Source: Perkinsus olseni (taxonomy: Eukaryota). Taken from it: DNA of 20,000 nucleotides. The notes beneath the pieces were generated by a model. It was not told the DNA's origin. It did no database searches and saw nothing but the letters and a program-made list of their open reading frames with translations. The position numbers were made by a program, and so were the translations under genes. The stretch's first letter is position 1; each line of letters begins with the position of its first letter. Where the stretch lies: positions 56,424 to 76,423 of the forward strand of contig JABANN010000088.1 of assembly GCA_013115125.1 (NCBI GenBank), given 5' to 3'. Below are positions 1 to 11,157 of this stretch, piece after piece.

Positions 1-3000
1 GAGGATCAAGGGTGATATGACCTGCAGGGCGGTGGAAGAGGCTGCCTCCGTTGTCCACTCACCATGTAGCTAGCGCAGATGAGGAAGGCGAAGCACATGT
101 CCACGAGCTCAATAGCGTAGGGAACCTGATGATAATCTCCGGCTTCCGAGTGACGCTGCGAAAAGCAGGACTCTCACGTGAGATAGGGGAGGGTCCTCTT
201 CAGGATGACGGTATTTGCGCCAGAGCATAACAATGAGGTCACCCCCGCGTAGGAGTGTCCAGCCTAGGCCAAAGCCTATCTGAGTTGGTCTAGCTTGCAC
301 GCATGCACATTGCAATAGTGATGATGACCTTAGCGACCAGCATTGTGACTAGGTAGATGCCAACACTAGCGATATCCTGTCCCATCGACCGGAGAGCATC
401 TGCAGGACAGTGACCCGAGGAAGCGCAGGCCGGCAGCACTACTCTCGAGGGTGGTGCCAGCCATGTGGAAGATGCCCGGGAAGGACAGCCAGACTTCTCC
501 AATCACAATCACATACCTGCAGAAGGTCGTGTCCAAGGCCCCAGGCAAAGAGCCACTTACACGGTGAGGAGCTGGAATAGGAAGATCCGTCGGAGCACGG
601 AGACGGTGACGGCGGAGCGAGTCTTCTGTCGTTCGTAGTTTACACATACCCATCTGCTTCACCACGCGTGAGAGGATACAAGTTGCGGCAACTACTAACC
701 GGAAGATCCGTGGCAGGGCGACGACAAGGAGCAGCTGGAGGATGGTAGGGACATATAAAGCGGCGAGCTTGGTCCAGATCTCAAAGCCACCTTCCTCGTC
801 GGAACTGCACGCCCAGGGTAGGGCGAGGCCTACGAGAGACTCCTGCTGCTGTTCACCTCCACGTTGTGGTAAGCGTACTCTGAATGGCCACCAGAGGCAG
901 GGCGTATCCCAACGCCCAGATCCAGTATAGGGCCTTCGTTATACGTTGCCTGTGACAAGGCACAAGTATGGACCCTAGAGGACATGGAGGAAGCAGTACC
1001 TCTTGATGGCTTGCTGGGCAGGGAAGGTTATGTTGGGCCATATTATGTCAGTAGGACTCGGGGCACTACTCACAGCCCACTCGTCGGCAGTATCCGAGAG
1101 CCGCAGCTGAAGGGCCTATCACGAGAAAGCAAAGGAGTGGTATGACTATCATCGGTAAGCATGCCCGAGAGGGAACGCTCCTCCTTCTCCCCGCCTTACC
1201 ATCTGTTTCAGTCGCATCGTCCTGAATGTGACGAAGGCAGTGCAATCTTTGGTGTGGGGTATATCGGAGTGGGGGGAGTTATCTCCATGTCCACCTTCCG
1301 ACGTGGAAGCGCTGAAATCGTGTAGAAGGGTAGTTGGAGGAGGACCTCTATAGTAGTGAGGCTCAGAGAAGGACGATGGTGGTAATCTGGGAGAGGCGTA
1401 TAGAGAGCCCTCGCTCATGCAGAGGGCACGATCTGGGCACCTCGAGTTGGAGTGGCGATGATGCCTCGCCCTCGGAGACGATGTGCCAGTCCATAGAGAG
1501 TCTGCATCGACACTGTCATCTCCATCGGGGTCAGAGTCCGCGGCGACAGGTATGAACGGCCTCTGAGTAGCTCATGCCCAGCACGATGATTGCATCACAG
1601 GCACCTCATCACACAGGCTCCCATCTGATGCATCTCCTCCCTCCTCGCTATCAGCAGTAGAGTTGTTGACGGTGTCTGGGAAAGACGGCATCATCATCTT
1701 CGTGACTCGAGGTGTCCTCTGCGGTGACTCTAGGCTGGCCGAGTTCCCGTTCCACAGCGCCCTTCTCAGGGTGCATATCTTTTCCTAGCGGAGCGAAGCA
1801 GCAATTATCCTTTATAAGGCCCAGCGTCTCACGTCAAGGTCCTCCACGTGTCGTTTGAGAGTTTTCCGCGCCGAATTGGGCATCAGGACCCGGGGGCCCG
1901 ACTGGCATTTGCTCAACACACTGCGGAGCCTAGTCTTGGCACGGAGGCCCGAGACGTCGTGACAGAAAGCGCATGCCTGGACCTGATGCGAGCTGGGATA
2001 CTCCATAGAGACGACCAGGCACCCCACAGCATCCTCTCCCAGGATCTCAGCGAAGAACTGCCGGACTGCCCGCCGCGACCTGTAGCGAGGCGGTATTCTC
2101 TCAACCATGATGGTGCCTGACGGGCGCTGAATAGAACAGGACCATGGACCTTGGGGCTACGCCTTTGCTGCCAGTCCTTGCCAGGCATTGATGTGACCCA
2201 CGCTGAACGAACATGGGCGAAGAGCCGATATTCTCTCGAAAGGAGGAAGAGGAATAGCCTGAGAGATGGCCTCTGCTGTGGACATTTCTCAGGGATGGCG
2301 TACGCTGAGAGGATGTAGGCTGCCGCCACTGGGGACCAGAACCACTGAGAGCTCCGATCTAGGTTACTAAAGGACAGCAGGTTTACACCGTATACGAGGG
2401 AGTCATTCTCACCAGACCAGTACCTGCAAGTAGGTTCCTAGGTACTGCAGCTGCCTTGGCAAGAGGCACTCACATCGGGATCAAGGTGGCGAAGGAGAGG
2501 ACAGCTGCCCAACAACAGAAAAGGAAACATGTTTGGCAGTACCGCAGGACCATGAATCTGAGTTCTCGGAGTAGAAGGCTTATCTAGGAGGAGGCTCATC
2601 TCACGCATCGGGGCCGATCCACGGCAGGAGATCGTACTTTCGCAGAGTAAACCAGCTGTGGAGTATCTTAGGTTGAAGCTGGCAGCAAGAAAAATAACGT
2701 CGGCCCACTACAGTAGGGAAGGGCCATATCTTGGGAGGGTGGTCGCCTGGTTGAAGCATACTATTGCGTTCAATCTCCTTGGGATGCCAAAGATGCTGAC
2801 AGTATCTGTTAGACCGTATGAGCTGGTCGAATGCTAACATAGGTGAGTACAGCTGTCTGCAGAACTTGTTCATCTTGAGTATTTCATAGACGATCCACTG
2901 GACCCACATGGCAATGCCACAGACCAGGCAAGTGAAGGCTACCTACTCATGCTGTCTTACCACATCGTGACAGCCCCGGAAGTACCTCAGACCCGTCCAT

Positions 3001-3105
3001 GTGCTTATACAACCGATTCATGCTGGTTTCCTCGCCAGAGACATCATCCGCGCAGAGCCTCAATTTGTCCCCCAGCCCTCCCAGTCGTCGCACGAGACGG
3101 CCCAT
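1..3105 (-). CDS. OSCA/TMEM63/CSC1-family mechanosensitive (hyperosmolality-gated) cation channel, multi-exon, 3' end outside window
   Basis: Manual splicing gives family motifs in order: WIGPDAFMVLRYCQTCFLFCCWAAVLSFATLIP (GxDAxxxLR, ~2475-2625), SVMVERIPPRYRSRRAVRQFFAEILG (~2030-2110), TAFVTFRT (~1220-1245), WAVSSAPSPTDIIWPNI (APxPxDIxWxN, ~1030-1080) and PYAIELVDMCFAFLICASYM|VISPLIL (1-125). The start is uncertain (candidate ATGs near 3105, 3021 and 3000). Confidence 0.88.
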
Positions 3106-3211
3106 GCTGCACTACTCCTGCTGCTGCCAGACGATGAGGCAGCCGTCAACAGCTGCTGCCTCCGCCAACCCAACGATCATGACTCTCCGAAAGGGCAAGT
3201 ATTGCAGCATG

Positions 3212-5657
3212 CTACACGTCCCTCAGCCTTTCCCACACCTTCTCGGCGATCGGCCTCACCGAGGGCTCGCCATGCCAACAATCTATCATCAGTTCACGCA
3301 ATAGAGATGGGCAGTCCTCGGGCACTAATCCAAGGTCAGGTCTCATACCCTGACAGCGGAGCGACGCAAAATCATTACTACACGAGTTGGCACACACCGT
3401 GGAGACGTTGATGGCGATGGCGATTGGCGAGAGGTTGGGTTGGTCGGAGTAGGGCCGGGAGCGCGTGATGATCTCATACATACAGATGGCAAACGAGTAG
3501 ATATCAACCTGGAAACAGCGCCGCGCTCGAGCAGTGCTCCTTTTGGAGTGGGACTATAACCTGATGGTCGCATCGGTCCTCTGATAGGACCTCCGGGGCC
3601 ATCCATGCCCATGTACCTGACTGAGGCCTCACCCATGAAGGCCAAGGGCGTACCTCCAGCATCCTGCGTCCCGGAGCTCCCCTGTGCACTGTCCGGGCCG
3701 TGCTTCATCAGTGCTATGCCGAAGTCGGCTATCTTCACGATTGGCACCGACCTGGGAGGGCGGTTACACTACACTGCTGTGACGGGTATCGTACATAGGG
3801 CCCTTGAAGGGATGGGCGAGAAGGAGGTTCTGGGACTTGAGATCTCGGTGGATGATCAAGGGGTGATTGGTGTGGAGGTAGTAGATACCCTTGGCCGTAT
3901 CGAAGCATATCTTCCGTTTCTGGACAGGGGGGTCATGGCCACCGCAAGGCCAGCAGGTTGGATACTTGTTGCCAAGTCATTTCGATATCTGGTCCATTGT
4001 ACAGTATAGAACTCAGAGCACCGCCGTCACAGAGCTCAGTGACCAGGCGCAGGGGCCGGGACTTGGTGAAGGCGCCCATGAAAAGCATTAGATTGGGGTG
4101 CCTGTAACCGCATGGACGGCAGGATTCTCTGTTCGTGGCCCACCGGAGATTAACCAGTATGTCGAGCTCCCGCTTGAACTCGGCCACCTTCTCTTCGGTC
4201 TCCCTTGCTTTGGCCCAGGTTATGTTTTTGATGGCAACATCAGCCTCTCTCCAAGTACCCCGAAAGACGTCCGCTGCGGCACCCGAGCCCAGCATAGGAC
4301 CGTATTCTGCAAACCGGGAGTTCTCGGGAGCCTGTTGCACAAGCCCACCGAGGTCAGCAAGGTCAACTTCCCACGGTTCATCGTCATCATCTTCGGTGGG
4401 GAGAATCCTGAGGTTAACTAGAAGTTAACCTTAGTTAACCTTAGTCAAGTATCCAATAGCTCTGCAGTACTCTCTTGGGAGGCGCTTCCGAAAGGCTCTG
4501 ATCAGGTCCGGACTGGCGTGGGCGAACGCATGGCAGCACATAACATCCTCAATGAGAGGATCTGCGCGGCAGTCAAGCAGCAGTTGTATCTGCCCTTTGC
4601 TGCACATTGGCAAGCACCCCTGGGGTATGACCATGTCGTAGTTCTCCATCTCTACAGCAGAGTGCAAGGGGGTCCCTCCAAGGTCATTAACTGCATTCAC
4701 ATCAGCCTTCATTTCTATGAGACAGCTCGCCACCTAGCAGCATCCATGCTCGGGGACCAGCACGAGTTGTAGCACCTCCGTCCAGCCAATGAGGCTAGCA
4801 TGGTGCAAGGCTGACCATCCCGAAGCATCCCGGGAGTCCACACCGACGCTGAGCTGACTGTCCTCCACCAAGGCCCGCACCTCCTTTATGTTCCCTGCTG
4901 CTACCTAACTGCCCGACGCTTATCCGAATGGCACTGAGTTCCCCCTACAGCCCGTAGTAGGGCTTCTAACGCGTCCTTGCCCTGCGGTTTAGTAGACTTC
5001 ACGGTTTCTACGGGACGCTGCCGTGGTGCCGTGGAGATCTTCCGTATTGTTCCCATCGATTTCAGGAACTCTTCCTATCAGACAGAACCTCGGCGTCTGC
5101 CGGTTGTATGAGGCTTAACCTTCAGCTCGCCTATTTTCGCGTTGATCTCGGCTTTGGCTTCCTCGTCCTCTGTCGTCGCGAGCAAGGCATACTGGCTGCG
5201 CATCTCCTCCTCTATTAGGCCGGCCTATGATGAACGACGGAATGCCTGGGCATTGCTAGTCCTGGCGCTACCGTCCCCGCGAAGAGTGATTCTCTCCCAC
5301 GTTTCTCGGGTCCTGTCGTTTGCTGCTGTTCCTTAAGTGCTGTTTCTTGACACTGAGTTTTCAATCTGCACTACTCCACTGCCCCTCTCCCCGTTCCTCC
5401 CTTAACTCACCGTTTCAGCTGCTTGGAGAGCTCAGTACGCCGCTTGGAATTGCTTGTTTGGGTCAAGGCCTTGGACACTGACCGCAGCTCTTGCTCGAGC
5501 TCGCCTAGCTCCCCTGACAGAACCTGAGGAGGCCCTCAGGCAGTCGACCCCACAACACTGTCGAGCAGTTGCTCAGAGAAACGGTTGAGTCCCGCGTTCC
5601 CCGATAGCCGACAGAAAACAGACTATTGCCCCTCCCCGTTATAACCTGATCATCCAT
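3212..5657 (-). CDS. Ankyrin-repeat Raf-like/TKL Ser/Thr protein kinase with N-terminal coiled-coil-like region
   Basis: Ankyrin repeats GWSALHHAS and DVNAVNDLGGTPLHSAV (~4640-4830). Kinase motifs: LGSGAAADVFRGTW..VAIK, HPNLMLFMGA, YLHTNHPLIIHRDLKSQN, KIADFG, G|TWAWMAPE (joined by a 37-nt intron), DIYSFAICMYE and CWHGEPSVRP. Stop at 3212-3214. The first exon and start (ATG 5657) are tentative. Confidence 0.9.
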
Positions 5658-6081
5658 ACGCCACGTTGACTGCTCGGCCGAGTTGCGCCTTTTCAAAGTC
5701 TGGGGCGAGCGCTTGATCGATAGCGCATAATCAAGCGCGCTCGCCCAAAATGAGCCGTTTCGAATCGTCTTAACTCGTTGATGCCGGCTCTTGTGACTCT
5801 TCTTAAGAACCTCGACTGGGTTTTTTCCTACTAGCTTACATGTCGGCGCTCGGGAGTCCACTACCGGCAAGTGGGTATTATTTCGAGTCTCCTCTGCCCG
5901 AGATGAGGTAGGCGTGTCGATTACTCGATGACTACAACTGTTGCTGTCACAAGTCGCTCCTCTTAGTGCCACCTGGCGTACCCCGGCGAGGCCCTGTCGA
6001 GCCGTCCGCCAAGCCGCCCATTCTGCCTGCGGAGCTGACCACTCCACACCGACTGCCGGCACTCTACCCAAGACGGTTACG

Positions 6082-6659
6082 ATGCAGCATCAACGCCCTC
6101 CTCTTCGCCAGTCTCCCACTGTGACTGCTCGAGGCTCTGACGAGAATCGGAACAGCAGCAATCTGGTACGCTATGCGCCTACTGCACTAGCGTGCATTCC
6201 GTGACGTCCTCGGCTCTCAGCTCCCAAGTACATTATTTCCGCCGAGACCTCCCGCCCACAGACGCCGATCGTTGGTGCCACTGTTCGCAGCTAGCAATGT
6301 AGCTCCACAATTTCGAATACGTACGTCGATCGCATCATCAATAGAAATGTCCCCTCCTTCGAAGCCCCTAGCTCGCCGGTGAGTCGTGCCACTTTCTCCC
6401 GTCCTTCAGCGTCACTGTGTTTGTCAGGCTCTCTGTGTTTTGCTTTACTCCCAACCCGACTACTCCGTTGCCTCCTACTGCAACAGCAGACCACGCAGAA
6501 GTTGACTCTGTAACTAGCGGTATTGCGGCTCAGCTGGACAACCTTCGGCTGCACGCTGGCACAGGGCCGCGGTCGCCGCCGCCGCCTCGGAAGAATGTCA
6601 TTCCGCGATACGGCAAGAAACCTTTGAGGCGGGAGTCGGCGAATCTTCGACGATTATGA
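6082..6659 (+). CDS. Hypothetical small Pro/Ser/Arg-rich protein, multi-exon
   Basis: ATG at 6082. Plausible GT-AG introns at 6166-6220 and 6379-6427. The last exon is RLSVFCFTPNP...RRESANLRRL*. No recognisable domain. Confidence 0.45.
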
Positions 6660-7338
6660 TACCCTCCCAAGGATCGGTTGTTTGTTTAAGTTTTCTATAA
6701 TGAGGATGATCATGATGCCTCTCCTCTCGAGCCATTAAGGCTTGTAGGGAGTGCGTCTGCCTTCCTGGTTACTTACGGGCTTGTTGCGCTTGACAAATGC
6801 AGAAGCAACAGTGCCGTGTAGAGTATTAGACTTGCGTTGACACCCTTGGCTGTACATAGCCTCCTTTCACGTTTATACGGATGATATCCTTCACATCATG
6901 TGAATGTATCCTCACCACAGTACAGTAATGTTCATTGATGGTACCATTGAACCCCAACCTCATAGTTGCTCCCCCTCATCGCGTACTTGAAGCAACAGCA
7001 ATAGTGAGTGCATGAGCATGTCAGCGTACGAGATGTCCAGCGTTGTTGCGTGAAGTCGGTTGGATATTTGAAGCTGTTGTTTGGCGTAGATGGTAGCCTG
7101 GCTGAAGAGGGTTATACGGGACGGCGGGGAGTCTCCAGAGCATGCCGAGGATGCGGAAACTACATGTGACACCAGCTGCTGCATCGATTGCTCATTGTTT
7201 GGCTTAGGCGTGGGAGGCCTTTGTCAACAGCTAAGCGTGGATTTATTGGTATGTTGATCAGGTCCGGCTCCGTCCATGACCGAGTGGTCGAGCAGTAGGA
7301 CTTCGAGGACTGCTCGATCTGCCACCGGTTATGATGCC

Positions 7339-9557
7339 ATGCCTGGTCTCCTGGATGTTCCGCTGTCGGTCATGCTGTTAGTAGGCTGCATCGCATGCTT
7401 GACTCGCATGGTCATGAAGATACTCTCTCAGGTAGCATCGTGCCTTGATCGCGAGTCCATCAACAGCTTAGTGTCGGTGGACTCCCGACTACGAGATTGT
7501 CTGATTCCTGAAATGCCGCTTGCTGCTCCCCGGAGGAGCGTACGTGTTGACAAGCCCTACGATGGTCGTGAAGGGAACCGATCATGTGGCCTCCCCGAGA
7601 TGCCCAAAGCCGTTGTCCGAGAACACTTGATAGCGAATGTTGTGGTAGGCGAAGAGCCTGCCCTACATGACAGGTCATTCCGTCGTTGTGCTGCTTGTAG
7701 AAGCCCTCCGCGTCGCGCTGTTTGACGTCGCCTAAGGCGGCCTCGTCGCTGCCGCAGGAGCTGCGAGACGCCGGCTTTGAACTTGCCGAGGAGGAGAGGC
7801 CTCAGCTGGGAGAGGGTAGGCCCTTTGGTTGTTGTGGTTATGGTACTATTCTCTCTATTCAGGCAGCTTCGCCCGAGTATCATTAGTGGTCCGCAAAGAC
7901 AAGTACTATGCATTGAAGACTGTGACTAAAGTCCCCTTGGAGATCAGGGAGATGGCCCAGCACGTAGGCGCCTCGTTAATACCGGTGGATACCCATTTAT
8001 TTCCCCTCAGATGAAGCGAGAAGTGAGCCTTCACTCGAGACTGTGCAGTCACCCAAGCATCGTTACCCTTCACGACTCTTTCGAAGACTCCAGGCGAATG
8101 TAGCCTCCACCCTCGCGTCCGCGTGCATGCTGCTGAGTTCTGCCAACCCAGTTACATGCTACTCGAATGGTGTCCCTTTGGATCCCTATCGGAAACTCTC
8201 GCCCCTTTGGCTGACTCGGGCGTCAAAGCAGTACTGCCTCTCAGTATAACGGCATGCGCAGCTGCTATTGTTGTCGACCAACTTGCATCGGCAGCTGGGT
8301 AGACAGTCTCCTCGGCCTTCCAAGGGATCACGTAGACCATCCACGCCGTAGGTATTTACACGAGAATGGTGTCATTCATCGTGACATCAAACCCGACAAC
8401 ATCCTCATAGCCAGCCTCACCCCGAGGGACGTGGAGCTACGCTTGAGTGACTTCGGCTGGAGTGACGATTCACTGCTCGTGCCTCAGTCGTCACTACCCT
8501 TCCCGTCAGGCTGTTTAGCAAACGGCGCTGCTGAGATCTATTCGAAGTGCGGTACTCCGGGGTTCGCTGCGCCTGAGATATTCGCTGGACGACAGCAGAC
8601 GACCGCAAGTGACATCTGGAGCATCGGGGCTGTACTTTCCCAATAGGAGGTCGTTGCTTGCACTTCTACGCATAGGTGTTGCGCAGCATCTGTGGAGCGC
8701 CGGAGACCTATCGAAGGTTCGATCCGCGCCTAGCGGATCTCGACCAGTGCCTCACACGGGTGGATCCCCGCGTTCGGCCGAGAGCAGAGGAAATCTGTAG
8801 GCAGTGACGGATGTCTACATTGTGATGTCTTACTGGGAACCGTTAGCTCAACATGCGTGGATGAGATGGGCACTGGAGGCGCGTAAAGACTACTCCTGCG
8901 CCTGGCTTTGCCAGCTTGTGGACCAAGCACGGCGAAGTCGAACGATGATAGGCCCAGGTCAGTCCGTAGAGATTACTTTAGAGTGCCAGTCGTTAGCGTG
9001 AGCCAATCGGGATCGGTAGCGGTAGACATCTCCGGCGTAGGAAGATGATTCTGATCGCACAGGCCGTGATCATGCGGGCATTCCTCCACGTTATCCAGGT
9101 GAATCACCGGCTGTCTCGCTGGACCAGCCTCTACGACCCACCGTCCATCGATCAGCGAGTGGTGCTGATATACCTGTGGCAAACAGCAAGCCCCCGACTG
9201 GAATGGGCTCTCCAATCATGGGTGGCGGGAGGTCACCTGTACTGTCCCCGAGATCGCCGCACTGGAATAATACCAAGCCTGCCGTAAGCTCCTCTAGCCC
9301 GCTACTGATTGCTGCGGTGATATCAAAAAGCATCATGTCCTTGCCGGAGCTCGGTCCCCGTCCGCCATTGCCTGTAGGTCCTCCCGACAACTCCACCCAA
9401 GTACCCCCCTCAAGCTACTAGTAATAGCCCATGGCGCGGTCCTCTTCGTCCTACCCGAGTGGCACCACCACCTCCTGCCGCAACGACAGTTGTCCGAACT
9501 CAGTGGCAGCCTCCCTCTCAACACCTGATCTACACTAACGTTGTACGAAGAGGATAG
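7339..9557 (+). CDS. Aurora-like Ser/Thr protein kinase with N-terminal F-box-like motif and low-complexity C-terminal tail
   Basis: Spliced: LGE|GSFARVSLV..YALK, MAQH|MKREVSLHSRLCSHPSIVTLHDSFED, YMLLEWC, YLHENGVIHRDIKPDN, LSDFGW|SC, KCGTPGFAAPE, SDIWSIG. DFGWS and xREVxxxSxL are Aurora-type features. Removing the in-frame 51-nt intron 7369-7419 gives LLDVPLSILSQVASCLDRESINSLVSVDSRLRD. The 3' end is uncertain (9421-9699). Confidence 0.85.
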
Positions 9558-9704
9558 AACGCCGATGTACTTTGATCTGTGCTAGGTACCCCAACCAGTT
9601 CTGCAGAGCCCCTTCCTCGAGCACAGAGTAATTAGGCGCTCCGCCACGATATCAGTCGTAACATCCAACGGTATAGTGACAAAACAGGGGAACTGTTGAA
9701 CAGC

Positions 9705-10924
9705 ATGTTACAGCGTTATCCCGATGAAGTTTGTGTTTAACCTGTCTTTCCTGTCCTACTCGACCGACTTGAGTTCTGGCAAAGTCATTCGGCGACTATG
9801 AACAACCCACGACTAGCACGCGTATTGTGCGATATCGACCAGCTAGCCGCCTGCCAGCTGCTCAGCAAACTTTCATCCTCCTCCGACAATGTTCTCCACT
9901 CGCATAGGTAGTGACGAACCAGAAGGCTGCATTGCGTTGATACTGTGAGTGTGCTGCTGCCCAGAGTGAATATATTTCTCATACATGACGTCTTAGGTAT
10001 CTTGCTTGTGGTATACGCCCGCCCGAGCCTCCACGTAATCTTGCGCCGTCTACTCGGTCGAGGAAATCCAGCGGGAAGTTCATGCAAACGCCGGCCCTGG
10101 TCGATGCTGCCACGCTCCCTACATTCCCATACAGGTGTGCGACGCTCTTCTCATACCAGTCGCCGAGCCCGGTTATCTCCTCTTTAGCGGCCCTCCATCC
10201 GACGCATCCACAGCTGACGATGAAGGGCAGCCATCATCAGAGGCGATAGATAGTGATTCTCCTAGGTTGGTGACGGCATGTTCGAACAGCCTCCCTTCCT
10301 CCTCCGTTCGCCAGGCCCCCTATATCACGCTCGGTCTCCAGCGACGAACTATTACGTGTACGTATTGGGCAAGCTTACGCTCAGTCTCAGCGGATTTCCC
10401 AGTTCCATCCACTCACCGACTACTTTCCCCGCGCGGGTAGTTGCAGGATTCGTCCAAAGGTGGGCTCGACGGGACACACCCCGGTAGCTAGTCATCAGGG
10501 CAGGCGGAACCCGCTGTAGGAGCCATGGAAGCTTTCTTCGACCGACTGTTCCCACCAGTGCCGAAGAGGAAAGTATAGTTGTTAGGTGTTGGAAACGTGC
10601 ATGCTTCCAGTTCTCAGGTCTCTGCAGTAGCAAACTCTGCGCCATGTTCTCGGATAGAGATCGCACGTACAGCCTGGCGCATTCGCCAGAGACGCTGTCA
10701 GCCTCTCAAGAGCTGCATGTAGGGAATAGCTCCTATTCCCAGGTGTGGATCATTCTCCTCAGCAAGCGGACCGATGCAGCAAGCTGCAAGCCAGCAGTTG
10801 CTGTCCATTTCGCCGGTCGTCCGACAGTCAAGTACGTAACGCGTTGACCTGCATCAGGTAAGAACCAATGCGGGCATCAGCCTTCACTCTTCGGTTCATG
10901 TCTCAGGTCTCTTGGTCTGTCAGT
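9705..10924 (+). CDS. Hypothetical multi-exon gene of unknown function
   Basis: Regularly spaced + strand GT..AG introns (e.g. gtgagt at 9945 to cttag at 9996) join open segments such as GCIALILYLACGIRPPEPPRN, VCDALLIPVAEPGYLLFSGPP and GAMEAFFDRLFPPVPKRK. Boundaries are poorly defined. Confidence 0.4.
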
Positions 10925-11157
10925 ATATAGAAATTCTGGTCCCAGTCAGTCAGATGGCCCTCCATCATACGGGAGTCTTGTCCGTCACACCATCGCGAGT
11001 TTTGATCAAGCGCGATTGGTCGTGTTAGTCTCGAATCTTAGTTTATCAATATTTTGAAGAGACTTGCGTTCGCGTAATGGTAATATCCTATCACTGCCCC
11101 ACTCAACAACCCAACGACCTCTTTAGGAGAAACAGTGAAAGATCGAGGCTGAGTACT

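Noticed and set aside
2949-4772. Numerous + strand ORFs of 60-136 aa
   Set aside because: They are antisense shadows of the GC-rich kinase and OSCA exons.
5505-6071. 188-aa ORF on the - strand
   Set aside because: It starts at a non-ATG codon and crosses a promoter-like region. Only its last part may belong to the kinase first exon.
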